The position numbers and the translations under genes are program-made. From contig CAXXFK010000033.1 of the NCBI GenBank assembly GCA_963663965.2, forward strand, positions 253,181-317,180: 64,000 bases of DNA, given 5' to 3'. Source of the DNA: Sedimentisphaerales bacterium. GTDB lineage: Bacteria; Planctomycetota; Phycisphaerae; Sedimentisphaerales; SM23-30. Positions 51,575-64,000 of this stretch are shown here, in pieces. Below the pieces are notes generated by a model, which did no database searches, had not been told where the DNA came from, and saw nothing but the letters and a program-made list of their open reading frames with translations. Within the stretch, counting starts at the first letter, position 1. Each line of letters begins with the position of its first letter.

Positions 51575-52894
51575 TTGAGTATGCGAAAATATTACGACGA
51601 AATCACACGTATCGCAGGTAACGTCGTGACGGTAACCGCCACCGGCGTTGGCTACGAAGAACTCGCCGTTATTACTACTCCAACAACATCTTCGCTGGCG
51701 CAGGTTATTCACATTGAAGGTGACCACGTCAGCTTGCAGGTGTTTGCCGGTACTCAGGGTGTATCCACCGGTGATCGTGTCCGGTTTCTGGGCCATCCCA
51801 TGCGAGTGCCGTTCAGTGACGACCTGATGGGCCGTATCTTCGATGGTTCCGGTTGCCCCCGTGATAATCGTCCGGAAGTGCAAGCCGAGGAGATCGAAAT
51901 CGGTTCCCCTGCGGTCAATCCGGTCAAGCGTCGTATGCCCGACCAGATGGTGCATACTGGTATCCCGATGATCGATGTGTTTAATTCGCTGGTTGAATCG
52001 CAGAAACTTCCCATTTTCTCGGTGGCTGGCGAACCCTACAACGAACTGCTGGCCCGCGTTGGACTCCAGGCCCAGGCCGATGTCATTATTCTTGGCGGAA
52101 TCGGTCTGCGGCACGATGACTATCTGACCTTCCGGAACGCCTTCGAAGAAGGCGGTGTACTTGGCCGTTCCATCATGTTTGTTCATACCGCGGCCGACCC
52201 GGTGGTGGAAGGATTGCTGGTGCCGGACCTGTGTCTGGCCGTTGGCGAAAGTTTCGCGCTCCAGGGCAAAAAAGTACTGGTGCTGCTGACCGACATGACG
52301 GCTTTTGCCGATGCCCTCAAAGAAATCGCGATTATTATGGAGCAGATTCCCTCCAACCGTGGTTATCCTGGCGATCTTTACAGCCAGTTGGCCCGCCGCT
52401 ATGAAAAGGCAGTTGACTTCGAAGGCGCCGGGTCCATGACCTTACTGACCGTGACCACCATGCCCGGCGACGACGTCACCCATCCGGTGCCGGATAATAC
52501 CGGTTATATTACCGAAGGCCAGTTCTACCTGCGTAATGGCCGTATCGAACCGTTCGGTTCGCTCAGCCGTCTCAAACAGCAAGTCAACGGTAAATCCCGG
52601 GATGACCACCGCGCCATTATGGATGGCTGCCTCCAGCTATACGCCCAGTGCCGAGAATCCCGTGAAAAACGTGATATGGGTTTTGAAATGAGTCGCTGGG
52701 ACAACGCCCTGCTCAAATACGGCGAATTTTTCGAGAAGCGCGTCATGGACCTGTCGGTCAATATTCCGCTTTTTGAGGCCCTGGATCTCTGCTGGGAAAT
52801 TCTCGCTGAGTGCTTCGAGCCGGCCGAAACCGGTATCCGCCGTACCATTATCGAAAAACACTGGCCCAAAGAATTGCAGAAAGAATCCGCCTGA
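51575..52894 (+). CDS. ntpB: V/A-type ATP synthase subunit B
   Basis: [53 protein letters not shown] (ATG at 51581 is an alternative start). Confidence 0.96.
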   Translation: MSMRKYYDEITRIAGNVVTVTATGVGYEELAVITTPTTSSLAQVIHIEGDHVSLQVFAGTQGVSTGDRVRFLGHPMRVPFSDDLMGRIFDGSGCPRDNRPEVQAEEIEIGSPAVNPVKRRMPDQMVHTGIPMIDVFNSLVESQKLPIFSVAGEPYNELLARVGLQAQADVIILGGIGLRHDDYLTFRNAFEEGGVLGRSIMFVHTAADPVVEGLLVPDLCLAVGESFALQGKKVLVLLTDMTAFADALKEIAIIMEQIPSNRGYPGDLYSQLARRYEKAVDFEGAGSMTLLTVTTMPGDDVTHPVPDNTGYITEGQFYLRNGRIEPFGSLSRLKQQVNGKSRDDHRAIMDGCLQLYAQCRESREKRDMGFEMSRWDNALLKYGEFFEKRVMDLSVNIPLFEALDLCWEILAECFEPAETGIRRTIIEKHWPKELQKESA

Positions 52895-52931
52895 TCGCCG
52901 GGCGGTTCAATGCTGAACGGAACGATTCGTT

Positions 52932-53592
52932 ATGGCAATAAAAATCAAACTTACCCGACCTGAACTGAAACGGCAGCGCGATACGCTGAGCCGGTTCCGC
53001 CGCTATCTGCCCATGCTCAAACTCAAGCAGCAGCAGTTGCAGCTGACCATCCCGGCAGATCGGCCAGGCTTATCGTCAGGGCCGGCAGGAATACCAGCAG
53101 GCGCTTGCCATCTTTGAAGCTTATCAGACGATTCTCAAGGAGGTTTCCGGCGTGGATGTTCAGGCGCTGTCCCGTCCCGCTGAAGTCAAAACGTCCACCA
53201 GCAATATTGCCGGTGTCAATATTCCGGTTTTTGTGGATGTTACATTCCGAAACCCAACTATAGTCTGTTTGCGACGCCACCCTGGATTGACCGTACCATT
53301 GCCGACCTGCGTCAGGTGAACCTGTGTGAAGCCAAATTGAAAGTGCTTGAAGAACAGGTCCGTTTGCTGCAGAAAGAACTGACAAAAATCATCCAGCGTG
53401 TCAACCTGTTTGAAAAAGTCAAAATCCCCGAGGCCCGCGAAATCATCCGCAGGATTCGTATTCAGCTTAGCGATGAAATGGCCGCCGCCGTAGGCCGTGC
53501 CAAGATTGCCAAAGCCAAACTCACTGAAAACCGAAAGTTCCTGCGATTGCCCTCCTGATGAGTCCGAACCAGTCATGGCCGCAGGCGCCTGA
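52932..53592 (+). pseudogene. ntpD: V/A-type ATP synthase subunit D with apparent frameshifts (~53051, ~53245, ~53528); probably an intact gene with sequencing indels
   Basis: RYLPMLKLKQQQL, NIAGVNIPVF, YSLFATPPW, QRVNLFEKVKIPE, AKIAK in shifting frames. Confidence 0.8.
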
Positions 53593-53604
53593 GGAACGAA
53601 ACCT

Positions 53605-55468
53605 ATGATTGCAGAAATGCTCAAAATAAATCTAGTAGTACGCCAGGCTGATCGCGAGCGATTGCTCGATAAGCTGGCGGATATGGGTGTGATTCACATC
53701 CAGCCAGTCGATCCGGCCCGGGCGATTGCCGATGAAAAGCTGACCGCCCAGATGGAAAAAGTCAATAAGGCGTTGCAGACGATATCGGCCTGCGAAGCCG
53801 CCGGAGATAAACCGCAGCTTGAGATCGAAGCGGCCATCGAAGAGATCGTTTCCCTGCAACGGGCCGAGGCCGAACGTGACAGCCGGCTCAACGCCCTGTA
53901 TCGCCTGCTCGATCAGCAAAAAATCTGGGAAGGCGTTCATCGCGCCGATCTCCAGACAATCGCCGACGCCGTATCAACGTCGCTTTTTACCTGGCCGCTC
54001 CCGGTCAGATCGCCGAATTTAAAGCAGACCGGGTCATCCCACTTAACGAACTCAGCTCAAAAACCGTAATCGCGGTCATCGGCGATAATCCAGAAGTGCC
54101 CGCCACGCAGAGTTGTTGCAGGTTCCTCATCAGGATAATTTTGAAATCCGCGAAGAAGCGGCTCAAATCGATCAGCAACGCAAAACCGTGAGCCAGCGAT
54201 TACAGCAATTGGCAGCCTTAAAAGTCGAAATTGAAAAATTTAAAATCCAATTGCTGGACCAGCTTAATTTCAGCGTTGCCCAGCGCGGCGCGATCAACGA
54301 CGATCAACTGTTCGCCGTTCAGGGCTGGATTCTGAAAGAGCGTTCCGGTCAGCTTGTCGCCGATCTAAATAAAGTCAATGTTCACGCGGGAATACGGTTT
54401 TTGCCACCCTCAGAAGAGGATGTTCCCGCCCACCCGCATCGATTATGCCAACTGGGCCAAGCCGATCAAAGGACTATTCGATATTCTCAATACTTTTCCG
54501 GGTTATCGTGAAATCGATCTGTCCAGCTTTTTTATGGTGGCCATGCCCATCTTTGCCGCGATGCTCATTGGCGATACCGGATATGGCCTGATCTTTGCGT
54601 TACCGACTTTTATCTGGTACGACAAAATGGTCAAGGCGGCCGGTAAAGAAGCGACCAATCTTCTGAGAATCGTTGGTATTGCGACGATTGTCTGGGGCGT
54701 TCCTCACCGCCAATTTCTTTGGTATAACACCCGAAAACGTTCGCTCTGGCCGGTGGGTATGTCACCGAACAGGGCTTACCCGATTTTAACGCCCTGCGTG
54801 AAGGCTCCGGTCTGGGTGTGGTTATCGCCAAACTCATGATGGCCTTTGGTCTGTTCTGGCGTGAAGACGGTGAAGCCGCCCGGCAATTACTGATCAAAAT
54901 CAGTTTTCTGCTGGGCAGCGCCTCACCTGATCGTCGCCCATATCCGCAAGGCGCTGGATCACTGGCCCAATATTGTCGCTTATAGCGAAATTGGCTGGGC
55001 CGTGGTTTTGTTTGGTATGCTCCAGCTGATCTGGTTGCTATTCTTTGAAGCCGCCTTTGTCCCGCTGATCTACCTTTGTCTGGTAGTGGGTCTGGGTATG
55101 GTCTTCTGGTTTACCGCACCCTCACCCAATATCGGCAAAAGGCTCGGTATCGGTTTTGCCTCGGCGCCTGCTGCCTCTGATCGGCACCTTTGGCGATACC
55201 ATGAGTTAAATCCGTTTAATGGCGGTTGGGCTCGCCAGTTACTATATCGCTGTTGCTTTCAAACAGCTTGGGGGCAACCGTAGCCGGAGCGGCCGGCTGG
55301 CTGGTCGCTTCCCCGGTAATTATTTTCGGCCACGCGCTCAATATTGCGCTGGCAGTCATCGCGATCTTCGCACATGGTGTGCGTTTAAATATGTTAGAAT
55401 TCTCAAACAATGCTGGTGTGCAATGGGCCGGTTACGCTTTTACGCCTTTTGCAAGATTAAGTAAGTAA
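53605..55468 (+). pseudogene. ntpI: V/A-type ATP synthase subunit I with multiple frameshifts and one in-frame TAA; probably sequencing errors
   Basis: GVIHI, FAVQGW, PT...PGYREID, FAAMLIGDTGYG, GDTMS*IRLMAVGLAS, HGVRLNMLEF...W.G..F.PF in different frames. Confidence 0.8.
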
Positions 55469-55481
55469 GGAGAGACATCTT

Positions 55482-55971
55482 ATGGACACAAGCGTATTCT
55501 TTGGACAATTGGGACTCGGTTTGGCACTCGGTATGGCCGCAACTGGCAGCGCGCTGGGTATTGGCGCGGCCGGTCAGGCTGCCGCCGGCGCCTGGGGTAA
55601 AGAGGCCAAAGCCGGTAAACCCCTCAATTTTGCCTATATTATTCTTACTGGTATGCCCCTGTCCCAGACCATCTATGCCTTTGTATTGATGTTCGTAGGA
55701 CTGAAAGCCGGTATCATTGGCGATAACGCCGGCGCGGTTACTCCCGTACTGGCTGTTCACGGCGGTACCTTTTTCGGTATTGGCCTGGCTTGCGGGCTTT
55801 GCGAACTGTTCAGACGCCTGGTATCAAGGTAAAATCGGCGCCGCGGCTTGTCGCGCCATTTCCGAAGGCGAAGGCAAAGGGCTGGTCAATATGATTATCG
55901 CTATGGGTATCGTCGAAACCGTCGGTTTGTTCGGTTTTGTCTTCCTGTTGCTGATGGTTCCCAAGGTATAA
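55482..55971 (+). pseudogene. ntpK: V/A-type ATP synthase subunit K (4-TM proteolipid) with one frameshift at ~55813
   Basis: GSALGIGAAGQAAAGAW, MPLSQTIY, then shifted AWYQGKIGAA...MGIVETVGLF; AAGGAG RBS. Confidence 0.85.
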
Positions 55972-56048
55972 GACCTGGCATTAACCGGCATGCCATAAAG
56001 GTGCAGACGCTACGGTTTCAGCCCGTTGCGAACACCACCAGATAATTA

Positions 56049-56094
56049 AAAGCCGACGGGGTATTACGAATAGCATACCTCGTCGGCTTTCTTT
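56049..56094 (+). terminator. Intrinsic terminator of the V-ATPase operon
   Basis: AAAGCCGACGGGGTAT / ATACCTCGTCGGCTTT stem followed by CTTT. Confidence 0.75.
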
Positions 56095-56153
56095 GCGCCT
56101 GACCGGCGCGGATTTTCAAGGCATTATCGCTGGTTCCAGCCTATAATCCGGCC

Positions 56154-56415
56154 ATGAATATTCTGGAATTATTCCTGGATTTTTTATTCGATCTGGTCGC
56201 AAATGTTTTCCTGTACGCGACGGGAAAAAAACCTGTTTATTATCTTTACGCTTGGTCGCGATCTCAAAAAACACCCGTTCCGGATAATCAGTCGCAAAAA
56301 ACGGCTGGCGCTCATTCGTAAACACGAAAAAGTCCGGCAAATGAATACCCGCCGTTACACTTCACTTGGATTCATGTTCTGGATGATTATTGTTGTAATT
56401 GCATGGCTCAGATAG
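56154..56415 (+). CDS. Small membrane protein, possibly leaderless, with an apparent frameshift in an A7 run
   Basis: TATAAT (56142-56147) 6 nt before ATG; MNILELFLDFLFDLVANVFLYATG joins KNLFIIFTLGR...LGFMFWMIIVVIAWLR if one A is removed at 56225-56231. Confidence 0.4.
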
Positions 56416-56588
56416 CCTGATTGATTACTTCGTAAGAGTAATGCGTGATCAAATCCCCTTACGCTGTAAAACAGCGAATGAGAATACGCATTTGTTGTTT
56501 CCCCTGGGCTTTCATCCGAAGCAAGATCGTTTTCTTTAAATATATAATGAAGCCAATCCTGATAATTCATTTCAAAATATAATCAATT

Positions 56589-59024
56589 CTATTTGCATTT
56601 CAGTTCCAGTGTTTGGTCTGGCAGGCTGTCTGCAACAGCTTTAATGGTCACTTTTCCCTGGTTTCTTGTGCTACGCACCACCAGCAAACATTTTCCCTGG
56701 AAAGTCGTTTTTTGCGATGCGACCCACGGTTCGTCGCTGAAAATATCGCTGTTGGCGACCCCGGCCAATATACCTTCGCCCTCAACGGAAAAGGTCACCA
56801 GCCGGTCGGCATTGGGGACCATCACACCATTTTTGTCGATCAGACTGACGGCAATATAAGCCAGGTCAAGACCGTTTGCCTTCAGGCTGTTGACATCGGA
56901 TTCCAGTTTGATGGCGACCGGATCGCTGGCTGTAGTTAAGATTTGTTCCGCGACGATCTTGCCATTATTTCTTGCCACAGCCTTCAAGGCGCCTTTCTGG
57001 TACGATACTTGCCAGTCGCAGTACGGCTGCTGGATAATGGTCAGATCACGGGTACCGAGCGATTGACCATTCAGCAGCAATTCCACTTCATCGGCATTTG
57101 TAATTGTCTGAACCGTTACCAATGGGTTTTCCCAGTTCCAGTGCTGGCTCATAGGATACCAGTTCCATCGCTTATTATCCATCTTATCGAACCATTCTTT
57201 TAATGGCCCGGTTTGTTCATAGACCCATAGATGCACCATGGGTGTATCATCGTAAAAGCTCTGGTACAAAGAACCAATCGGTGTGAGGGTATCGGTAATG
57301 TCAAAGAAGGCCCGGCCCCAGACTTTGCTGGGCCATCTTGATTCGCCCAGGTAATCCGTGGCCGTCCAGTAATAATGTCCGATGACCTTGGCCAGATCCA
57401 GTTCCAGCCAGGACAGTTTACGGGTGCCGAAATTCAGATTGGTGCTGCTTTCCGAAGCGATAAACATCAACTGAGGAAATCGTTTGTGATCGAGGGCAAA
57501 CATGTTTTCGGTATAGTTCCAACTGACCACATCGCCATAAAAGGCCATCTCGGCCGGATTGGAGTCGATAAAGGTCTGATAGTCATTCCAATGCTCCCAC
57601 TCGACCATGAATTTCTCCCGGGCCGGAAACAGGCCAACCGTCACTTTTCGAGATGGGTCCAGCGTGTGAGTCAGTTCAACCATCCGTTTAAAGAGTCCAA
57701 CGCCATAGTCTGCCCCCGCCTCCGGCGTTTCAAATTTTGGTTCGTGTTTACCGCTTTGTTTGTAAACTTCGTTGCCCATACTCCAGATATACACCGAAGG
57801 ATGGTTACGGTCTCTTTTGATAAAGGTCGTCAGGTCCTCAGGCCAGTTGTCTTCAAACGATTCCAACCCGCCATAGTATTGGGACGTCCATTTGTCATAC
57901 ACCTCATTGAAGACAAGAATCCCCAGCTGGTCCGCCAGATCCAGCAGGACCGGCGCATGTGGATTATGGCTCAAACGAATGGAATTGCAGCCCATGGATT
58001 TGAGCAGAAGCAATTTGCGTTCATACCCTTTCTCCAGAGCCGCGCTGCCCAGACAGCCCAGATCATGGTGCATATCACCACCTTTGGCGATAACCTTTTC
58101 GCCGTTCAGCAGCAATCCCTGATCCGGGGTCATCCGGATTTCACGGATGCCAAATACAGTTTCATAATCATCAACGGGCTTCTCGCCATCATAAATTTTT
58201 GTCACAGCCCGATAGAGATAAGGCTGTTCACAGGACCATCGTTGCGGGGATGGCACTTCGATTTCCTGGGTAAATTCAAAATTTTCACCCGAACGGATTG
58301 GGGCGGCGGCCACTGCTTCAGATACTTTTTTACCGTTCGGATCGTAAATTTCAGTAACCAGTCGAACCCGTTTGCCTTTATCGTAGTCATTGACAACACA
58401 GGTTTGTATCCGGACCAGGGCTTGTTCACTGCTGACCACGGGAGTGGTAAGATAGGTGCCATATTGAGGAATATGAAGTTGATCCGTAATAACCAGCCTG
58501 ACATCACGGTAAATGCCTTCGCCGGTATACCAGCGGGAAGTATCTTTGGTGCTATTATCGTAATGGACAAGCAGGATATTGTGCCGTCCGAATTTTAAAT
58601 ATTGAGATATATCATGTTCAAAACCCAGGTAACCATTCAGGTGTCGACCAAGATGAATTCCATTGATGTAAACCTCGGCATCCCGGTACACGCCATCAAA
58701 TTGAACAAATATCTTTTTATCGCTATAACCCTGATCCAGGGTAAATTGTTTCCGGTACCAGCCTTGCCCATAGGGCAGCCAGCCGTTAGCGCCGGTTGAG
58801 TTGTCACGGCTGAACTTGCCGCTGATGGCGGCGTCATGAGGCAACTGAACCTTTATCCAGTCGCTATCCTCCAGTTGATCCAGTGAATCGGGACGCTGAT
58901 TTCCCTGAATAAACTGCCAGTCAAAATTAAAGTTCTGCACCTCTCGTATTCGGGATTCCGCCATAACAGTCAACTGCAATAAAAAGCTTATCAGTAATCC
59001 CGATAGTATACAGAGAGTTCTCAT
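56589..59024 (-). CDS. Secreted glycoside hydrolase family 2 (beta-galactosidase-like)
   Basis: Signal peptide; FNFDWQF, LPHD, GWYRK, FDGVY, SRWYTGEGIYRDV, IRLSHNP, RDRNHPSVYIWSMGNE. Confidence 0.92.
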   Translation of the reverse strand: MRTLCILSGLLISFLLQLTVMAESRIREVQNFNFDWQFIQGNQRPDSLDQLEDSDWIKVQLPHDAAISGKFSRDNSTGANGWLPYGQGWYRKQFTLDQGYSDKKIFVQFDGVYRDAEVYINGIHLGRHLNGYLGFEHDISQYLKFGRHNILLVHYDNSTKDTSRWYTGEGIYRDVRLVITDQLHIPQYGTYLTTPVVSSEQALVRIQTCVVNDYDKGKRVRLVTEIYDPNGKKVSEAVAAAPIRSGENFEFTQEIEVPSPQRWSCEQPYLYRAVTKIYDGEKPVDDYETVFGIREIRMTPDQGLLLNGEKVIAKGGDMHHDLGCLGSAALEKGYERKLLLLKSMGCNSIRLSHNPHAPVLLDLADQLGILVFNEVYDKWTSQYYGGLESFEDNWPEDLTTFIKRDRNHPSVYIWSMGNEVYKQSGKHEPKFETPEAGADYGVGLFKRMVELTHTLDPSRKVTVGLFPAREKFMVEWEHWNDYQTFIDSNPAEMAFYGDVVSWNYTENMFALDHKRFPQLMFIASESSTNLNFGTRKLSWLELDLAKVIGHYYWTATDYLGESRWPSKVWGRAFFDITDTLTPIGSLYQSFYDDTPMVHLWVYEQTGPLKEWFDKMDNKRWNWYPMSQHWNWENPLVTVQTITNADEVELLLNGQSLGTRDLTIIQQPYCDWQVSYQKGALKAVARNNGKIVAEQILTTASDPVAIKLESDVNSLKANGLDLAYIAVSLIDKNGVMVPNADRLVTFSVEGEGILAGVANSDIFSDEPWVASQKTTFQGKCLLVVRSTRNQGKVTIKAVADSLPDQTLELKCK

Positions 59025-59621
59025 TTTTTTATCCTGAATAAATATCTAGTGAAATATAATTTAATGGATTACAGGCATAATATTGCCGGCAGGTTTGCAA
59101 GTCAATTTGTAACAGTATATAAACTATGATTGCAGCGAATATATCCATGGTGTATTTTCATCTCTAACTAACTGTATTATAATCTGTATGGGCGGCCCAG
59201 ATAGTAAGATGTAAAGATAACGCCTGGTACCAAACAAAGCCAACATAGGGATCTACGATGATTGTGCGTAAAATAATTCCATTATTATCAAATGATTGCG
59301 TTGCCAGACTAAACAAACCCAATTTTACGGACTTTGAAACATCTCGTAAAGTAATATTTATAGTCAGATATTGAGCCGGGGCAGTTCAATCCATCTGACG
59401 CTATACGAACCCAGCAGGAACAATGATTAATCTGAAAACGTAAGTGTTTGAACCTTCTTGGTTAACCAGGCCATAAGGCATTGAATAACAACAAGATATC
59501 GATTATTATCAATTCTCTTGTATTTTATCTCCATTTTCGATACACTCTTATTTCTCATGAGGTGAGAAATTTGATTTTACCGGGCTGTAATCTTCATTAG
59601 TTCCGCTGGAGAATCCTATAA

Positions 59622-61939
<2,318 letters not shown>

Positions 61940-61983
61940 ATGACAGTAAAACTCTACTTGACCGGCGGTACTGTTTAGCCGAT

Positions 61984-62307
61984 ATGGTCAATATGAAGAG
62001 TGAAACAAAAATTAACCTGATTTCATGTTATTGGAATGATCCGGATCTGATAGAAGTGGCGGATGTGTTTTTATCGGACCTGACGCAATCGCTCCAAAAG
62101 CTTCAGAATGCCCTGAAAAAAGAGAACTGGGAGGATATAGGCCAAGTCGCTCATTATATCAAAGGCGGGGCGGCAAGTGCGGGCTTTTCGGATTATGCCG
62201 GCTTGTGTGCTGATTTACAGTTATCTGCTCAAAAGGGTGATATGAATCAAATGCTACCACTTGCTGATGATGTAATATCTTTGGGCAGGCAGCTTCGGTC
62301 TTGCTGA
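61984..62307 (+). CDS. Stand-alone Hpt (histidine phosphotransfer) domain protein
   Basis: DPDLIEVADVFL..L...AHYIKGGAASAGF (HxxKG motif). Confidence 0.82.
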   Translation: MVNMKSETKINLISCYWNDPDLIEVADVFLSDLTQSLQKLQNALKKENWEDIGQVAHYIKGGAASAGFSDYAGLCADLQLSAQKGDMNQMLPLADDVISLGRQLRSC

Positions 62308-62403
62308 ATTAGTGTGGCAACTATAATTATGGGATGAAATTAACTTTTAATTTTTCGGGTATCTGGCATAATAGGAAACATTGATACAACATCTGCTTGA
62401 AAT

Positions 62404-63387
62404 TTGTCTATGAACAAACAAAAAATTAATATACTGATAACCTGTATTGGCCGGCGCGTCAGCCTGATGCGCTCATTTTGCCAGGCTGCCAGACGGTTGG
62501 GTTTGGATTGCCGGATTGTCGCCACCGATACAACAGACTTATCGCCGGCGTTGCAATGTTCCGATAAATATTACTTGGTGGAGCCAACCCGTTCTGACAA
62601 TTATCTGAATCAGATCGAACAAATTGTCCAGGATGAAAAAATCGATCTACTGGTTCCCACGATCGATCTGGACCTGGCCGGTCTGGCCGGTATTCGTGAT
62701 CAACTACGTCAACAGAATTGTCTGGCTTTAATATCTGCGCCAGAAGTCATTGAGATTTGTCAGGATAAACGTAAAACATATCAATTCCTGAAGGATCATG
62801 GATTCGTTACCCCCCAGATCTATTCTCCGCAAGAGTTATTGGAAAGCACTCAATTGACTTTTCCCTATTTTCTTAAGCCCTGGGATGGTCATGCCAGTCG
62901 TAAGAATCGAACCGTGAGAGATCGAGAAGAACTGGCATTCTATTCGAGCCGGGTACCCAATTGCATGGCTCAGAATTTTATTGTGGGGCAGGAGCATACC
63001 ATTGATATTCTGGTTGATCTTGAAGGGAAAGTCCGCTGTGCGGTCCCGAGGCGTCGTTTACAGGTACGAGATGGCGAAGTAATTAAAAGTGTTACAGTCA
63101 AAAATTATAGGATTATTGATCAGGCCGTTCGGGTGGTCGAATTATTGAAGGCTGGCCCCGGAGTTATTACGATCCAGTGTTTTTTGACGGAGGAAAATAC
63201 GGTGGCTTTTATTGAAATCAATCCACGCTTTGGTGGGGGGGTTCCGCTTTCGATAGAAGCCGGCGCTGATTTCCCCAAATGGATCATCCAGTTCTGGCTG
63301 GGACAGAACCCCAGAATCGAACTGGATGGCTGGAAGGGAAATCTCTATATGCTACGTTATGATGATGCCGTCTGGATGCAGAAATGA
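62404..63387 (+). CDS. ATP-grasp protein (carbamoyl-phosphate-synthase-like, polysaccharide-locus type)
   Basis: NILITCIGRRV, LVPTID, CQDK..TY, KPWDGHAS, EHTID, IEINPRFGGG. Confidence 0.85.
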   Translation: MSMNKQKINILITCIGRRVSLMRSFCQAARRLGLDCRIVATDTTDLSPALQCSDKYYLVEPTRSDNYLNQIEQIVQDEKIDLLVPTIDLDLAGLAGIRDQLRQQNCLALISAPEVIEICQDKRKTYQFLKDHGFVTPQIYSPQELLESTQLTFPYFLKPWDGHASRKNRTVRDREELAFYSSRVPNCMAQNFIVGQEHTIDILVDLEGKVRCAVPRRRLQVRDGEVIKSVTVKNYRIIDQAVRVVELLKAGPGVITIQCFLTEENTVAFIEINPRFGGGVPLSIEAGADFPKWIIQFWLGQNPRIELDGWKGNLYMLRYDDAVWMQK

Positions 63388-63424
63388 CACGATTAATCCC
63401 TGTGATAGAAATCTTTAGCAGGTT

Positions 63425-64000
63425 ATGAAAATGTTCTCGAATTTCTTTTCTGATACTTATCCGCTCGAAAACGTCATTGCAACCTATTGGTATATTTTAC
63501 CCGTTGCGTTTGTTGTCAGTTTGATAGCGACCCCAATCTGCCGTATGATCGCTTTAAAAACCGGAATTATCGATATGCCGGATAATACCGTGAAAACGCA
63601 CAAAAAACCAACGGCTTATCTGGGAGGACTGGGTATTCTGGCGGGCTTGCTGGCAGGGGTGGTTGTGGGTTATTTTATACTCAAGCATGATACTCCCCAT
63701 ATTAATGGAAAAGTCCAATCCATTAATAATATTAATATGCTCACCGGTGTCGCGCTAGGAGCGATTATTGCAACGATAGTTGGCTTAATCGATGATATTT
63801 ATGATATAAAACCGATTCAGAAGTTTTTGGGGCAGGCATTGGCTGCTTTGGTGTTGATTCTCGTTGGAGTACGACCCGATTTGCAAACTCCCGCCAGGTT
63901 AATTTTCAATATTTATATCTCAAATGAGATGGAAATGATATTGAGCGCTCCAATTGTCCTTTTTTTTATTTTAGGCGCGACAAACAGCCTGAACCTGCTT
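63425..64000 (+). CDS. Undecaprenyl-phosphate GlcNAc-1-phosphate transferase (WecA/TagO, MraY family), 5' part only
   Basis: Manual translation: IIDMPDNTVKTHKKPTAYLGGLGI, GLIDD..DIKP..KFLGQ, GATNSLNLL; open to the window end and absent from the ORF track. Confidence 0.85.
   Translation, partial: MKMFSNFFSDTYPLENVIATYWYILPVAFVVSLIATPICRMIALKTGIIDMPDNTVKTHKKPTAYLGGLGILAGLLAGVVVGYFILKHDTPHINGKVQSINNINMLTGVALGAIIATIVGLIDDIYDIKPIQKFLGQALAALVLILVGVRPDLQTPARLIFNIYISNEMEMILSAPIVLFFILGATNSLNLL

Noticed and set aside
52932..55971. Programmed frameshifting or split subunits in the V-ATPase
   Set aside because: Too many lesions in both directions, no consistent slippery motif, and an in-frame stop; sequencing error is more parsimonious
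57375..58598. Long antisense ORFs (this 407-aa one; also 18309-19406, 11534-12529, 16299-17195 and 1674-2468)
   Set aside because: Shadows of well-supported genes on the opposite strand with no recognisable motifs

Overview
Bacterial chromosomal window, most likely from an anaerobic Planctomycetota (Phycisphaerae/Sedimentisphaerales-like). This is inferred from tandem planctomycete-type HTH-receiver proteins, a DUF1080 fusion, a Tat sulfatase and a nusA operon without rimP. In order, the window holds: a candidate ~285-nt structured sRNA with its own promoter and terminator; carbohydrate and sulfate-ester catabolic genes; one complete ISL3 element with an 8-bp target duplication; a nusA-infB-DUF503-rbfA-HhH-hisG operon; and zwf. 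Next is a 7-gene Ehr-type membrane complex (hydrogenase-like, but without the NiFe ligands) headed by an HTH-PTS EIIA regulator whose perfect sigma70 promoter lies under a long palindromic operator. It is followed by a regulator cluster, tRNA-Ser(GCT), gpsA, fhs, a Crp regulator with a perfect CRP box and a probably Na+-coupled V/A-type ATPase operon (D, I and K genes carry many frameshifts, probably sequencing errors). The window ends with a GH2, nfnAB, an Hpt protein and the start of a polysaccharide locus. No CRISPR array, rRNA or prophage was seen. Best novelty candidates are the PTS-regulated Ehr module with its operator, the orphan sRNA at 1029-1314 and a GC-rich palindrome recurring in three intergenic regions. 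All calls are from reading the sequence; no database searches were run.
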